From a bacterium (GTDB taxonomy: Bacteria; UBA8248), in assembly GCA_965221165.1 (NCBI GenBank), contig CBDCRP010000002.1, forward strand, positions 960,001-1,024,000: DNA of 64,000 nt. The letters are read 5' to 3'. Shown one piece after another: positions 50,403 through 59,958 of this stretch; the stretch's first letter is position 1; every line of letters begins with the position of its first letter. The translations under genes and the position numbers were made by a program. Under the pieces are notes generated by a model. It saw nothing but the letters and a program-made list of their open reading frames with translations. It was not told the origin of the DNA and ran no database searches.

Positions 50403-51464
50403 TTACTTGAGGTAGCCGAGGTCCTTCCAGACCGCGTATTCCTTACGGAAGGCGCTGTAGGATTCCCAGACCTTCTTGAAGGTCGCGTCGCGCTTGGCGT
50501 CGGCGGCCGCGACTTCGGCCCACTTCTCCTCGAGCGTGTCCAGGATTGACTGGGGCCAGCGATGGATTGTCACGCCCTTCTTTTTGAGTTCGACCAAAGC
50601 CTTGCCCTGAATGGCCTCGCCCTCGGCGAGCCCGTCTCGGAACGCGTCGCCGCACGACACCTCAATCTGCGCCCGCTGGGTGTCGTTGAGCGCATCCCAT
50701 TTCTTTCTGTTCAGCAGCAATTCAAATACCGTCGACTGCTGGTGCCAGCCGGGGAAGTAGTAGTGCTTCGCCACCTGGTAGAAGCCGAGATTGAGGTCGA
50801 TAGCGGGCATCGAGTATTCGGTCGCGTCGATCGAGCCGCGCTCGAGCGCGGGGAAGATATCGCCGCCGGCGATGAGTTGGGTGGATACGCCCACTTTTTC
50901 CATCACCTTGGCGCCGAGTCCAAAGAAGCGCATCTTCAGGCCCTTCAGGTCGTCGATGCTCTTGATTTCCTTGCGGAACCAGCCCGACGCTTCGGGCGCG
51001 ATGACGCCGCAGGGTATCGATTTCAACCCGTGTTTCTTGTAAATCGCATCCCAGAGCTCATAGCCGCCGCCGTAGAAAATCCAGCCCATATACTCTCCGG
51101 CTCTGGGTCCGAAGGGGACGGCCGCGAACATCGCGAGCGCCGGCTCCTTGCCGTACCAGTAACCGGGCGTCGACCAGCACGCATCGACCGAACCCGCCGC
51201 AACGGCGTCGAAGCACTCCTTGGCCGGGATCAGCGCGTTGGGCTCGAAGAACTTGATTCTGATATTGCCGCCGGAAACCCGTTCCAGACGGTCGACCATG
51301 GCTTTGCCCATCGAGCCGAGCTGGGTCAGGTTGCTCGGGAACCAACTCGCCATTTTCCAGCGTATGCGCTTCGCGGCGTCCGCATCGCCGACACCCGACG
51401 CCATCAGCGTGACGCTCAACGCACAGATCATAAATCCGATCGTCGTAAGTTTCCTGATCGCCAT
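50403..51464 (-). CDS. dctP: TRAP substrate-binding protein (TakP-like)
   Basis: Signal peptide; AVPFG, GWFRKEI, GLKMRFFG and YYFPGWHQ motifs. Confidence 0.92.
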   Translation of the reverse strand: MAIRKLTTIGFMICALSVTLMASGVGDADAAKRIRWKMASWFPSNLTQLGSMGKAMVDRLERVSGGNIRIKFFEPNALIPAKECFDAVAAGSVDACWSTPGYWYGKEPALAMFAAVPFGPRAGEYMGWIFYGGGYELWDAIYKKHGLKSIPCGVIAPEASGWFRKEIKSIDDLKGLKMRFFGLGAKVMEKVGVSTQLIAGGDIFPALERGSIDATEYSMPAIDLNLGFYQVAKHYYFPGWHQQSTVFELLLNRKKWDALNDTQRAQIEVSCGDAFRDGLAEGEAIQGKALVELKKKGVTIHRWPQSILDTLEEKWAEVAAADAKRDATFKKVWESYSAFRKEYAVWKDLGYLK

Positions 51465-51831
51465 CTGCAGTTCCCTCCCTTCGAGTTAGACGCGTTTCAA
51501 AAAGGGGCGACTCATCTCAACTACGGATAAGCCGCCCAATAAAGCTCCCACGCCATGCGTTACGCCAACAAATATATTCCATTTACTAAAATATATTCTA
51601 TCTCTCATTCGGCCGCTGTCAAGGGGGTAGAAATCCGGGTATCCATTATTTTTTCCGAAGCTCTGACAGGCTGTCTATGGGCAGTACAAAGGGGAGGTAC
51701 CCTTGTTGCGGGCTGGAGACGTGGACTAACCGCAGGCGAATTTCCGATCTTTGTCGTAGATATACCATAGGCGTCGGGCGGTACTCGGCATCCCGGGCCG
51801 TCCCCCGTGAAGCCGGGTAGGGCCGCGGGGC

Positions 51832-51951
51832 GCCGAGCACGCGGCCGGGATCGGAAACGACTGCGGCGATATCCGCCACGCGGAGTGAGGAGGTGGTCGT
51901 GGCGAGCACGGCTTCATGAGGGGCGTACGCATCCAGTTCCCTGAATATCTC
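51832..51951 (-). pseudogene. Remnant of a 3-hydroxyacyl-CoA dehydrogenase NAD-binding domain
   Basis: EIFRELDAYAPHEAVLATTTSSLRVADIAAVVSDPGRVLG resembles the F..LD....A.LATNTSSL...IA....P.R.LG motif. Preceded by an in-frame TAG and lacks the following HFFNP. Confidence 0.6.
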
Positions 51952-52280
51952 CTAACCGAGGGAAGACAAGCGTGACCGTCTTGTCCCAAAATTGAGATAT
52001 CCCTGCTTGAGGAGAACAAGAGAGCGGAGACTCCGCATCGATAACACAGTGTGTCCTACGTGCAAAGCCAAGGAGCACATCGAAAATTAGGCAGAAACCT
52101 CCCCGGCAATTCACCGAAGAGCGAATCGATAAGGAGTAAATCGAGTGTCTGTTTTGGTGGACGTTTTTGTGCCTGTTACATGGACATTTCAGGATACATA
52201 GAGATGCAAAGAGAACCAATCTAAAATCTATAGATTTTTTCTATCTATTCGATTTTGTTTAGTATTTCCTTGTTTTTCCA

Positions 52281-52357
52281 TGGCACGCCCGGTAGGACTC
52301 GAACCTACAACCTTCGGATCCGAAGTCCGACGCTCTATCCAATTGAGCTACGGGCGC
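52281..52357 (-). tRNA. tRNA-Arg(TCG)
   Basis: Anticodon arm TCGGA-CTTCGGA-TCCGA; 3' CCA. Confidence 0.96.
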
Positions 52358-52415
52358 GTGATATCCGCCGGCCTTGTTCGGAAGCCAGGTTCCGCTCAAG
52401 AATATGTAATCGCTT

Positions 52416-52492
52416 TGGGGTGAGTGAGGGGATTTGAACCCCCGACCTCCGGGGCCACAACCCGGCGCTCTAACCACTGAGCTACACCCACC
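52416..52492 (-). tRNA. tRNA-His(GTG)
   Basis: Anticodon arm CCGGG-TTGTGGC-CCCGG; G-1; 3' CCA. Confidence 0.96.
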
Positions 52493-52565
52493 ATGCCTCC
52501 ACCCGTCTCGTCTGTGCGTGTGGCCTCACATTCGGCGAGAGGAGCAACTCGGATTTCCAAAAAAA

Positions 52566-52642
<77 letters not shown>

Positions 52643-53018
52643 CCGCCTCGGCGACTGTTCCGTGGCAACCCATTCGCAGGTGCTGCTTTCCGCTCAAAAG
52701 GCAAGAGAAAATATCACAAATCGAGATCGTCAACAACGCCTTGGTGAGGGAGGCGCATCTTGCGCGAGAGGTATCACGGGAAAATAACGAACATGGCGCT
52801 CGGGCGGGTACGGGGAGATGCGTCGGAGACGATTACGCGAACATACCAACCCGTAAAACGCACACGGGGCCTTCCGGCCCCGCCCCACGAGCACCCCCCA
52901 TTCTCCCCAAATTTTTTAGATGTCTCCTTAATACAGTAAAACCGCCGGAAATGTCCACCGGCGTTGGGGAATTCCCCGAAAACACGCATCAAGGGCGATT
53001 GCCGGCGAAGCAGGAAAC

Positions 53019-53912
53019 CTACTCCCCCTCGAATGGCTTTCTGCGCACCCTGCCCTCGCCCACCAGGGCCGCCTTCATGAGGAGAACCAAGGTGTTGGTT
53101 CTGGGGATGAGGTGGATGAAGCGATCGAGCTTTTGATCGATCACGTCGATTTCGCCCTCGGAAAGTCCCAGCGCCGCCGCCCGCTCCCTGCTCAGATCGA
53201 CGGCGAAGGGAAACTCCTGGGCCGCGGCAGCCGCAGCGCCTTGCGCCTGGGTGACGGTAATCCTGTACCCCGCCTTCGCCATCTCTTCTTTGAGAAACGG
53301 CCACACCCGCTCCAGGAAGGCGGGATGATGCCCGAGGGCGCGCCAGACGCTGCCCAGCCCCCCGGTCGCCTCGCGAATCTCCTGGTACAGAGCGCCCAGC
53401 GCATCATCGGCGGCGGCCGGGTCCACCAGAGCCTCCGCGCGCATCGAGGGGGGTGGCCCCTTGGGCAGCGCATCGGTGTCCGCGTCCGATCCGGGCCGGA
53501 CGCCGCCTATCTTCATGCCGTTCAGCGCGCCCTTCAAGGCTGCCGCGAGAATGAGGTTCTTGGGATTCGCATGGTTGTATATGTCCAGGACGCCATCGAC
53601 CGCGTCGATGTCCTCAGGCGTGTAATCGAAATCATCTTCTAATTCTTCTCCCACGTCGGGCACGTCGGGCGGCATGGGCGGGGCCATCCGCATCCTGAGG
53701 TTATCCGCGCAGCGCTCGAAATAGGCTATCGAGGCGTTGGGTCTGAGCGCATCCCAGGCCGCGGAAAAGTATTGTTCATGAACGGCCAGGGTGCGATAGA
53801 TGAGGTTCACCTGCGTGCTGCGGAGCACCCGACGCATGTCTTCATAGATCGCCGCAACCTTCCCGGTGGCGCGATCTTCGGTGATTTCATCCAGGGCGAT
53901 GGGTTTCATCAT
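53019..53912 (-). CDS. Halocarboxylic acid dehalogenase DehI-family protein
   Basis: Two internal repeats (EDRATGKVAAIYEDMRRVL..VNLIYRTLA..YFSAAW and ALYQEIRE..VWRALG..FLERVW) plus NPKNLI. Confidence 0.65.
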   Translation of the reverse strand: MMKPIALDEITEDRATGKVAAIYEDMRRVLRSTQVNLIYRTLAVHEQYFSAAWDALRPNASIAYFERCADNLRMRMAPPMPPDVPDVGEELEDDFDYTPEDIDAVDGVLDIYNHANPKNLILAAALKGALNGMKIGGVRPGSDADTDALPKGPPPSMRAEALVDPAAADDALGALYQEIREATGGLGSVWRALGHHPAFLERVWPFLKEEMAKAGYRITVTQAQGAAAAAAQEFPFAVDLSRERAAALGLSEGEIDVIDQKLDRFIHLIPRTNTLVLLMKAALVGEGRVRRKPFEGE

Positions 53913-54079
53913 TTCCCCCTTCAAGGCCCGTAAGGCAAAAGCTGAAACAGCGGCTCGGCGAGGCGCCGCGCGAATCGCCCAGAGTATAGGGGTGGTCAGT
54001 GGATGGAACAAGCCGGGAGCAGGCTCTCGAGCCGGTTTGGCTCCAAAACGCATTTTTTTCAAAAAAACAAAAAAATCCC

Positions 54080-54124
54080 TTGACACGAAAGTTGAATGGC
54101 AATATATTTGATTTAGTCAAATAT
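54080..54124 (+). promoter_or_regulatory. sigma70 promoter with overlapping operator palindrome
   Basis: TTGACA(54080)-17nt-TATATT(54103); ATATTTGA-N5-TCAAATAT at 54104-54124; extra half-site at 54136. Confidence 0.75.
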
Positions 54125-54246
54125 TGATGCGCCGCATATTTGACAAAGATTAAAAAAGAACCATCAGACGAAATGCCCGGGAAACATCGAGGCTGCGCCT
54201 CAAAAACCCGGGCCACGAAATCCGGGAATGATTATATCGAGGAGTC

Positions 54247-54741
54247 ATGAATAGAATGGACATCACTCCGCAAGCCTGTTGCGAGGGAACAGCCCTGGAG
54301 ACCCACGGCCTCGGCGCGCGCCTTCACGTGGCGCTCGACAATCTCTTTCATCAGAAAAAACCCGCCGACAGGGAGGCGGTGTGCCGCCACGACATCACCA
54401 ACAACCAGTGGACGCTCCTTCACATGCTCGCCCATGCGGAAACGGGCCCCCTGCCCATGGGGGTGATAGCCAGGCGAATGCGCCTCACCCCGAGCGGCGT
54501 GACGCGCTGCGCGGACCCCCTGGTCGAGCGCGGTCTCATCGAGCGCTGCATGAAGGAAGGAGACCGCCGCGTGTGCTGCCTGGGATTGAGCGAGGCGGGC
54601 GCCGCGCTCCACGGGACCATATCGGAAGGCTGCGCACTCGAGGACGGCGCGCTTCTGGGCGCTTTCTCCCCCGAGGAGCAGGAAGAGATCGTCCGCGCGA
54701 TAGAAAAACTCGCGCGCGCCGCCAAGGAGTCCTCGTCATGA
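54247..54741 (+). CDS. Cys-rich MarR family regulator
   Basis: wHTH LTPSGVTRCADPLVERGLIER..DRRV; eight Cys including two CC pairs. Confidence 0.85.
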   Translation: MNRMDITPQACCEGTALETHGLGARLHVALDNLFHQKKPADREAVCRHDITNNQWTLLHMLAHAETGPLPMGVIARRMRLTPSGVTRCADPLVERGLIERCMKEGDRRVCCLGLSEAGAALHGTISEGCALEDGALLGAFSPEEQEEIVRAIEKLARAAKESSS

Positions 54742-55835
54742 TCACCGAAGCGAAAACAGTCCAGGCGGTCGATGGCCCCGCACCGCCCGCAGATGAGGCC
54801 TCCTGCTACGCGCCCGAGCCAAAATCCAGATGGACCTCCCCCTACCTGTGGGGCTTCATCTCGGGGGCTGCGCTCTTGGCGCTCATCCTCTGGACGCAGG
54901 CTGGACGAGAGATTCCAGCCGGCCTCATCACCGCCGAGGTCAAGCGAAACGCCCTGTTCATGCTGGGGAGTTTCTGGAGCATCGCGCCCTTTTTCCTGTT
55001 GAGCGTGGCGGTTTCGGCCTGGGTCACCGTAGCCGGATATGCCGAGAAGATAAAAGCGGTGTTCAACAAACGCCAGGGCATGGCCATCGCAGGTGCGGCA
55101 TCGGTGGGAGCGGTCGTGCCGTTTTGCTCCTGCGGCGTCATTCCCCTGATCGCCGCTATGCTTTCGAGCGGCGTGCCGCTGGGACCCGTAATGGCCTTCT
55201 GGATAAGTTCGCCCCTGATGAGCCCCGAGAAATTCGTGCTGACCGCAGGCGTTTTGGGCACGGATTACGCCATCGCGCGGCTCGTCACCGCCATCGTCTT
55301 AGGCGCCGGAGCGGGCTACGCCACATACCTCATCGGGCGAGGCGGCAGGCTCGACGGTGAACTGAGGACCATCGTCGCGCCGGGCGCGCAGGAAACCCAA
55401 GGCAAAACCCGGATGAAGGGGCCGTCCTTGAGCGGCTTCACCGCCCAGGCGATGAGCGTGGGCGGTTATCTCGCCAAGTGGCTGGCCGTGGCGTTTTTCC
55501 TGGAAGCGCTGATCGTCCACTACGTCGACCCCGCGTGGATAGGCGCGGTACTCGGCGAGGAAAACCCCTGGTCGATTCCCCTGGCGAGCGCGGTGGGAAT
55601 CCCGCTCTACACCTCGGGCGTCGCCGCCATTCCCATCACCAAGGGACTCCTCGCCGCAGGCATGGGCGCGGGCGCCGCCATGGCCTTTCTCATCGCCGGT
55701 CCCGCCACGTGCATTCCCGCCATGGCCGGCGTGTGGGCGCTGGTGAAGCGCAAAATCTTCGCCATCTATCTCGCCACGGGCATCCTGGGGTCACTGGTTG
55801 CGGGATACGCGTTTCAGCTTCTCATCCGGCCATAG
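54738..55835 (+). CDS. DUF318/ArsP-like permease
   Basis: PFCSCGVIP, MAFWISSP, GIPLY and MAFLIAGP motifs. ATGA overlap with the regulator. Confidence 0.85.
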   Translation: MITEAKTVQAVDGPAPPADEASCYAPEPKSRWTSPYLWGFISGAALLALILWTQAGREIPAGLITAEVKRNALFMLGSFWSIAPFFLLSVAVSAWVTVAGYAEKIKAVFNKRQGMAIAGAASVGAVVPFCSCGVIPLIAAMLSSGVPLGPVMAFWISSPLMSPEKFVLTAGVLGTDYAIARLVTAIVLGAGAGYATYLIGRGGRLDGELRTIVAPGAQETQGKTRMKGPSLSGFTAQAMSVGGYLAKWLAVAFFLEALIVHYVDPAWIGAVLGEENPWSIPLASAVGIPLYTSGVAAIPITKGLLAAGMGAGAAMAFLIAGPATCIPAMAGVWALVKRKIFAIYLATGILGSLVAGYAFQLLIRP

Positions 55836-56063
55836 GGTTTGAGGCCGCTCATCGGTGATATCCTGCCCGGCGTCTGGTTTTCCACCTCAGGCGCCGGGCT
55901 TTTTTGAGCCCTGAACCAGGAGTTCACGAGGCGGTATCCGCCTCGGCATACGTCGCCCCTTAAAAGACGCCCTGCCCTCTCGACAAGATGCGCGCGCAGT
56001 CGTAACCTCCCGTAAAATTTTGCAAATACCCTCATCCTGTAAACACACTGGAGACATATAAAA

Positions 56064-56921
56064 ATGCCGATATCCCCTCACGCCGCCGAATACGCAGAAC
56101 CCAGCCGCATGCGCGTGGGCTACGTCATCACCACGCCCGAAGTGCGCTCGCCCCTGATGCCGGGCGTGCGCGGGGATTTCGGCGAGAATCTGGGCGTCCT
56201 CAAGGATTTGGGCTACGACACGCTCGAAGTCGCCATGCGCGACCCCGGCGACCCCGACGCCCAGGGGGTGGAGGCGGAAATCGCCCGCTCGGGCCTTTCG
56301 GTGACGATGATTGGCTCGGCACCCAGCGAGCTTCAGGACGGGGTGATGATGTGCCACCCAGACGCCGAGGTTCGCGAGGCGGGCGCCGCCCGGCTGCGCG
56401 CCTTGATCGATGCGGGCGAGAAACTGGGCGCCCTGGGCGTGAACATCGGCCGGTTTCGCGGCACGCGCATCCCCGGCGATATGTGGGAGACCTCGAACGC
56501 CTGGATGCGCGACGCCATGCGCGCGGGTGCGGACTACGCCGCTGCGCGGGGGATGAAAATCTACATCGAACCCTACAACCGTTACGAGACGAACTTCATC
56601 AACACCGTGCGCCAGGGTATGGAATACGTGAAGGCCGAGAACCACGCAGGCCTCGCCCTGATGATAGACAGCTGCTGGATGAACTCCGAAGACGCCTCGA
56701 TACCCGGAGCCATCTTCGCCGCGCGCGAGTGGATAGAATACGTGCACGCCGCCGATTCCACGCGCGGCTATCCGGGGTCGGGCCATATCCACTTCGGCGA
56801 CTTCATCCGCGCGCTCAGGGAGATCGGCTACGAGGGCGTGCTCTCGGTGCAGATCGACCAGAAACCCGCCTTCCGCATAGCGGCGGAGCGAAGCATCCGG
56901 CTGCTGAGGTGTTATCTGTAG
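56064..56921 (+). CDS. Sugar phosphate isomerase/epimerase (TIM barrel)
   Basis: EPYNRYETNFIN and HAADSTRGYPGSG motifs. Confidence 0.85.
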   Translation: MPISPHAAEYAEPSRMRVGYVITTPEVRSPLMPGVRGDFGENLGVLKDLGYDTLEVAMRDPGDPDAQGVEAEIARSGLSVTMIGSAPSELQDGVMMCHPDAEVREAGAARLRALIDAGEKLGALGVNIGRFRGTRIPGDMWETSNAWMRDAMRAGADYAAARGMKIYIEPYNRYETNFINTVRQGMEYVKAENHAGLALMIDSCWMNSEDASIPGAIFAAREWIEYVHAADSTRGYPGSGHIHFGDFIRALREIGYEGVLSVQIDQKPAFRIAAERSIRLLRCYL

Positions 56922-56981
56922 GGGTGAGGGGTTGGGGTGCAGACTCGAGAGCTCTGATCAGACGGAGGTGTCACTGCTGCT

Positions 56982-58196
56982 TCAAGCAATCGGTATCATC
57001 TTGAAATGAGCCTCGACGGTCTGAATGATTTCCTTAGCCAGCGGAAGATTTGTCTTCTCGGCCTGCCAATGCTGATGAAACAGGGCCACGGTTTCATGGG
57101 CTGTATCAAGAACCAGCTTCTCGGGCAACAGTGCCTTGGCCGCAAGATGAACTAACTCGTCTGCAGAGAATTCACTGAAACTCTTGGTTCGACTGAAATT
57201 CAGCGCAGCCTTCTCATCCGGGACATAGGGTATAGTCGACACGAAATCATAGGCGGGGGCAAGCGCCGCACGTCGCCGGTCGGGATAAATCAACGACCAG
57301 TTTTTCAAATGCATATCGGCATTACCGATCAACGTGTTGAACGTCAGCCTGCGAATGAACTCGGCGATATCCGCATCGCCGCCTTCCAAGGCAATGACTT
57401 TGGCAATGCTGCGGTAATTGGCTTTCTCGTATTTTTTATCTGGATAAACACCGAAGACCTGCGCGAAGTCCTCAATGTGGACGGGGACGCCATCCGCCAG
57501 TCGGTCAAAACGCTGAATGGCGAGCGCTTTTCCTTCCAGCTTGCCGATGCCTTCAGGCAGATTCCCGATCGCATCGACGTCAACCAGTTCGAGGGCCGGC
57601 ACGTCAATACCTATAAGACGGGCCAGGGTCATCATCGCATATTCGTTCTCGGGCACACCTGCGAATTCACGCGAAGGCAGCTTGATGATCCACGAGCCGC
57701 CGACGCCCTTGGCGGGAATCGTCAAACCACCGCTGGCCTCAGCAATCGCCGAAAACTTGAGTTGTACGCCGGCGAGTGAAAAGCGCAGCGTAGTTTCATG
57801 CGGGCCCCCATCATCTTGATCGACATGAACGTCGGGCGGCCACGCTTCACCATCGGCGGGCTGGATCGTGATCGCCCCCGGAAGATCCCTACCGAGCGCC
57901 CAGAGCAGAAAAAACTCCCGTGCGGGACTCACGCCGGCGCGGCCAGCGAGATAAGTGCGTAGATGTCCTTCCGGCAACAGATTTGAGAAGAACGGCAGCA
58001 CGCTTGCCCGGGTCGGGCGAAAGTCGGTGATCAATTCACCAAACTCGTCCTTGAAGCTCAGCCCGAGCACGGGCCGGTTCTCATCGGCGATATACTCGTC
58101 GTTGAACGCAAAGAGTATGCGATCTCCGCCGACGCGCGTCAGCGTACCGATCGGAACATCATAAAGGAGGACGTCAAGGACGGCGACATCAGCCAT
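56982..58196 (-). CDS. hipA: HipA family toxin kinase
   Basis: FFSNLLPEG, SLAGVQLK, HIEDFAQ, GNADMHLKN and LAPAYD motifs. Confidence 0.93.
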   Translation of the reverse strand: MADVAVLDVLLYDVPIGTLTRVGGDRILFAFNDEYIADENRPVLGLSFKDEFGELITDFRPTRASVLPFFSNLLPEGHLRTYLAGRAGVSPAREFFLLWALGRDLPGAITIQPADGEAWPPDVHVDQDDGGPHETTLRFSLAGVQLKFSAIAEASGGLTIPAKGVGGSWIIKLPSREFAGVPENEYAMMTLARLIGIDVPALELVDVDAIGNLPEGIGKLEGKALAIQRFDRLADGVPVHIEDFAQVFGVYPDKKYEKANYRSIAKVIALEGGDADIAEFIRRLTFNTLIGNADMHLKNWSLIYPDRRRAALAPAYDFVSTIPYVPDEKAALNFSRTKSFSEFSADELVHLAAKALLPEKLVLDTAHETVALFHQHWQAEKTNLPLAKEIIQTVEAHFKMIPIA

Positions 58197-58794
58197 GATC
58201 GTCCTCTTCCAGACTATGGGCCGGGCGTACGGGTTCTCTCGTCTCCCTATCGGACAGCCCATGGGCGAGCATATTGCGGAGATTGCGAAGCTGCAAAAGG
58301 GAGGAGCGAATAGCGTCCAGACTCTCCGGGTTATCCCCAAAGGCCTTCACAGCCTCCTCGGCGCTGCGGATCGTTTCAATGTCGTGACGGGGAATCAAAA
58401 AATGCTGGAGTTCTCGCACATGGCGCTGAAGCTCGGCCAGTTCAGGTGCCTTAGGGTGTAATTGTATTAGAGCGGCGATATGGCGCTGAAGGCGCCGGAG
58501 TACCCGAAGCGTCCGACGCACGCGCCCGCGGGCGAAGAGGTTGCTTTCGACACTGTCTCGTACAATCGACTGAACGGCGGGGACGGCCTTGCGCGGCGCG
58601 AGCACAACTTCCAGTTCCAAGACACGGGCCAGCTTTACAAGGTTGGAAACCCGGAGATCGACTGCATTGTTCTCGATCTTCGAGATATGTCCCTGCGGCA
58701 CGCCGGTCTGCTCGCTCAGCGCGCGCTGGCTCAGCCCCTTGCCCTCGCGGGCGCTTTTCAGCATATCGGCTATATGTTCGGTCGAATACATCAT
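58189..58794 (-). CDS. XRE/HipB-like antitoxin with a long C-terminal extension
   Basis: AREGKGLSQRALSEQTGVPQGHISKIEN HTH; overlaps the hipA start. Confidence 0.85.
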   Translation of the reverse strand: MMYSTEHIADMLKSAREGKGLSQRALSEQTGVPQGHISKIENNAVDLRVSNLVKLARVLELEVVLAPRKAVPAVQSIVRDSVESNLFARGRVRRTLRVLRRLQRHIAALIQLHPKAPELAELQRHVRELQHFLIPRHDIETIRSAEEAVKAFGDNPESLDAIRSSLLQLRNLRNMLAHGLSDRETREPVRPAHSLEEDDHG

Positions 58795-58803
58795 TTTAAT
58801 TCC

Positions 58804-58848
58804 TTTGATATATTAAAATATACAAACAATATAATTTAATATATCAAA
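58804..58848. promoter_or_regulatory. Operator inverted repeat upstream of hipBA
   Basis: Perfect 14-bp inverted repeat TTTGATATATTAAA-N17-TTTAATATATCAAA. Confidence 0.7.
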
Positions 58849-58943
58849 AAAAGATTAGATTCAAGGCTTGATAGATAAAAAAGAGAAATGACGGCGTCAA
58901 AACTTCCTAGATTGTAGGAAGCATTCCCAAAATTCAGTATCGA

Positions 58944-59261
58944 TCATATCGCTTCCGGCAACCCGGCCCGAGGCGGGAGACCCTCCTTCGTGGGCAGACG
59001 GCGGATATCATCGCCCGATTGCCCCTCGGCGCAGGCTAGTTCGAAATGCGCTTGCAGATTGAGCCAGAACTCGGGCTCGACGCCGAACCAGTGGCCCAAG
59101 CGCAGGGCCGTATCGCCGGTGATCGAGCGCTTGGCGTTGATAATCTGGCTCACCCGGTTGGGCGGTACGCCGATCTGGCGCGCGAATTCCGTGGGCGTGA
59201 CGCCGAGTTCCGCCAATTCGTTCTTCAATATCTTGCCGGGATGGACGGCTCGCTTCAACAC
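58944..59261 (-). CDS. higA: HigA family antitoxin (orphan)
   Basis: HPGKIL, ITGDTALRL and FWLNLQ motifs. Confidence 0.9.
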   Translation of the reverse strand: MLKRAVHPGKILKNELAELGVTPTEFARQIGVPPNRVSQIINAKRSITGDTALRLGHWFGVEPEFWLNLQAHFELACAEGQSGDDIRRLPTKEGLPPRAGLPEAI

Positions 59262-59304
59262 CTCATCTTCCCTCTCATGAATAATAACCCACTATCTCGA
59301 CCCC

Positions 59305-59769
59305 CTACTTCTCGCACTCCCCTTTCGCGAGTTTGGTGGCGATGTGGGCCGGAAAGGCGGGGAAAATCTCGATGATTCTCTTGTCTTTCACCTCGCGCAC
59401 GACGACGGTGTGGGAATATCTTCTCGAGAGGAAAAACCCGGTGAGGCGAAAGCGGCCGAAAGACTGCCAGGTGAGGATGAAGGGATAGGTGACGGATTTC
59501 GTTTTGTTGAAAGGCCGCGAGATGAGAAGCTCCCCCTCGCCACCGATGGGGTAGGCCAGCTTCTTGAACTCGCCCTTTTTCCGCTCCACCAGCCAGACGG
59601 CCAAGTCGCGCTCTTTGGTCGGCAGCGTGATGCGCACTTTCTGCTCCACCTTGTAGCCATTGAGAATCGTGTAGCTCACTTCGCAGTTCAGCACTCCTCC
59701 TACGTTCGTCTCGGCACTTGCGCCGAGACACGAGGCGAGCAGCACGAAAACACAGATGATGCGCTTCAT
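59305..59769 (-). CDS. Hypothetical exported protein
   Basis: Signal peptide MKRIICVFVLLASCLGASA; host-like codon pattern; no family recognised. Confidence 0.6.
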   Translation of the reverse strand: MKRIICVFVLLASCLGASAETNVGGVLNCEVSYTILNGYKVEQKVRITLPTKERDLAVWLVERKKGEFKKLAYPIGGEGELLISRPFNKTKSVTYPFILTWQSFGRFRLTGFFLSRRYSHTVVVREVKDKRIIEIFPAFPAHIATKLAKGECEK

Positions 59770-59906
59770 CCGAAACCCCCGGAAGTTTGAGAGGTAGCAT
59801 ACGACGGCGAACGTATTATGGATGATTTGAGCGGATGATTTCCACCGGGGGCGTCAGAAGGAGTGAGGCTGAAACCCGTACTACGACATGCGAAAGACCC
59901 CCCCAC

Positions 59907-59939
59907 AAAAAAACGCCCCGGAGCCGATGCCCCGGGGCG
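59907..59939 (-). terminator. Intrinsic terminator after the AhpD/CMD gene
   Basis: CGCCCCGG/CCGGGGCG stem followed by a T7 run on the - strand. Confidence 0.75.
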
Positions 59940-59958
59940 ATTCTTTCGGTGAGGTAAT

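Larger units (their letters stand above)
36354..52319. mobile_element. tRNA-Arg(TCG)-integrated genomic island, no integrase visible
   Basis: Flanked by the intact tRNA and the duplicated 3' fragment, with non-coding margins. Cargo is a respiratory cluster plus a TRAP transporter. Confidence 0.8.
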
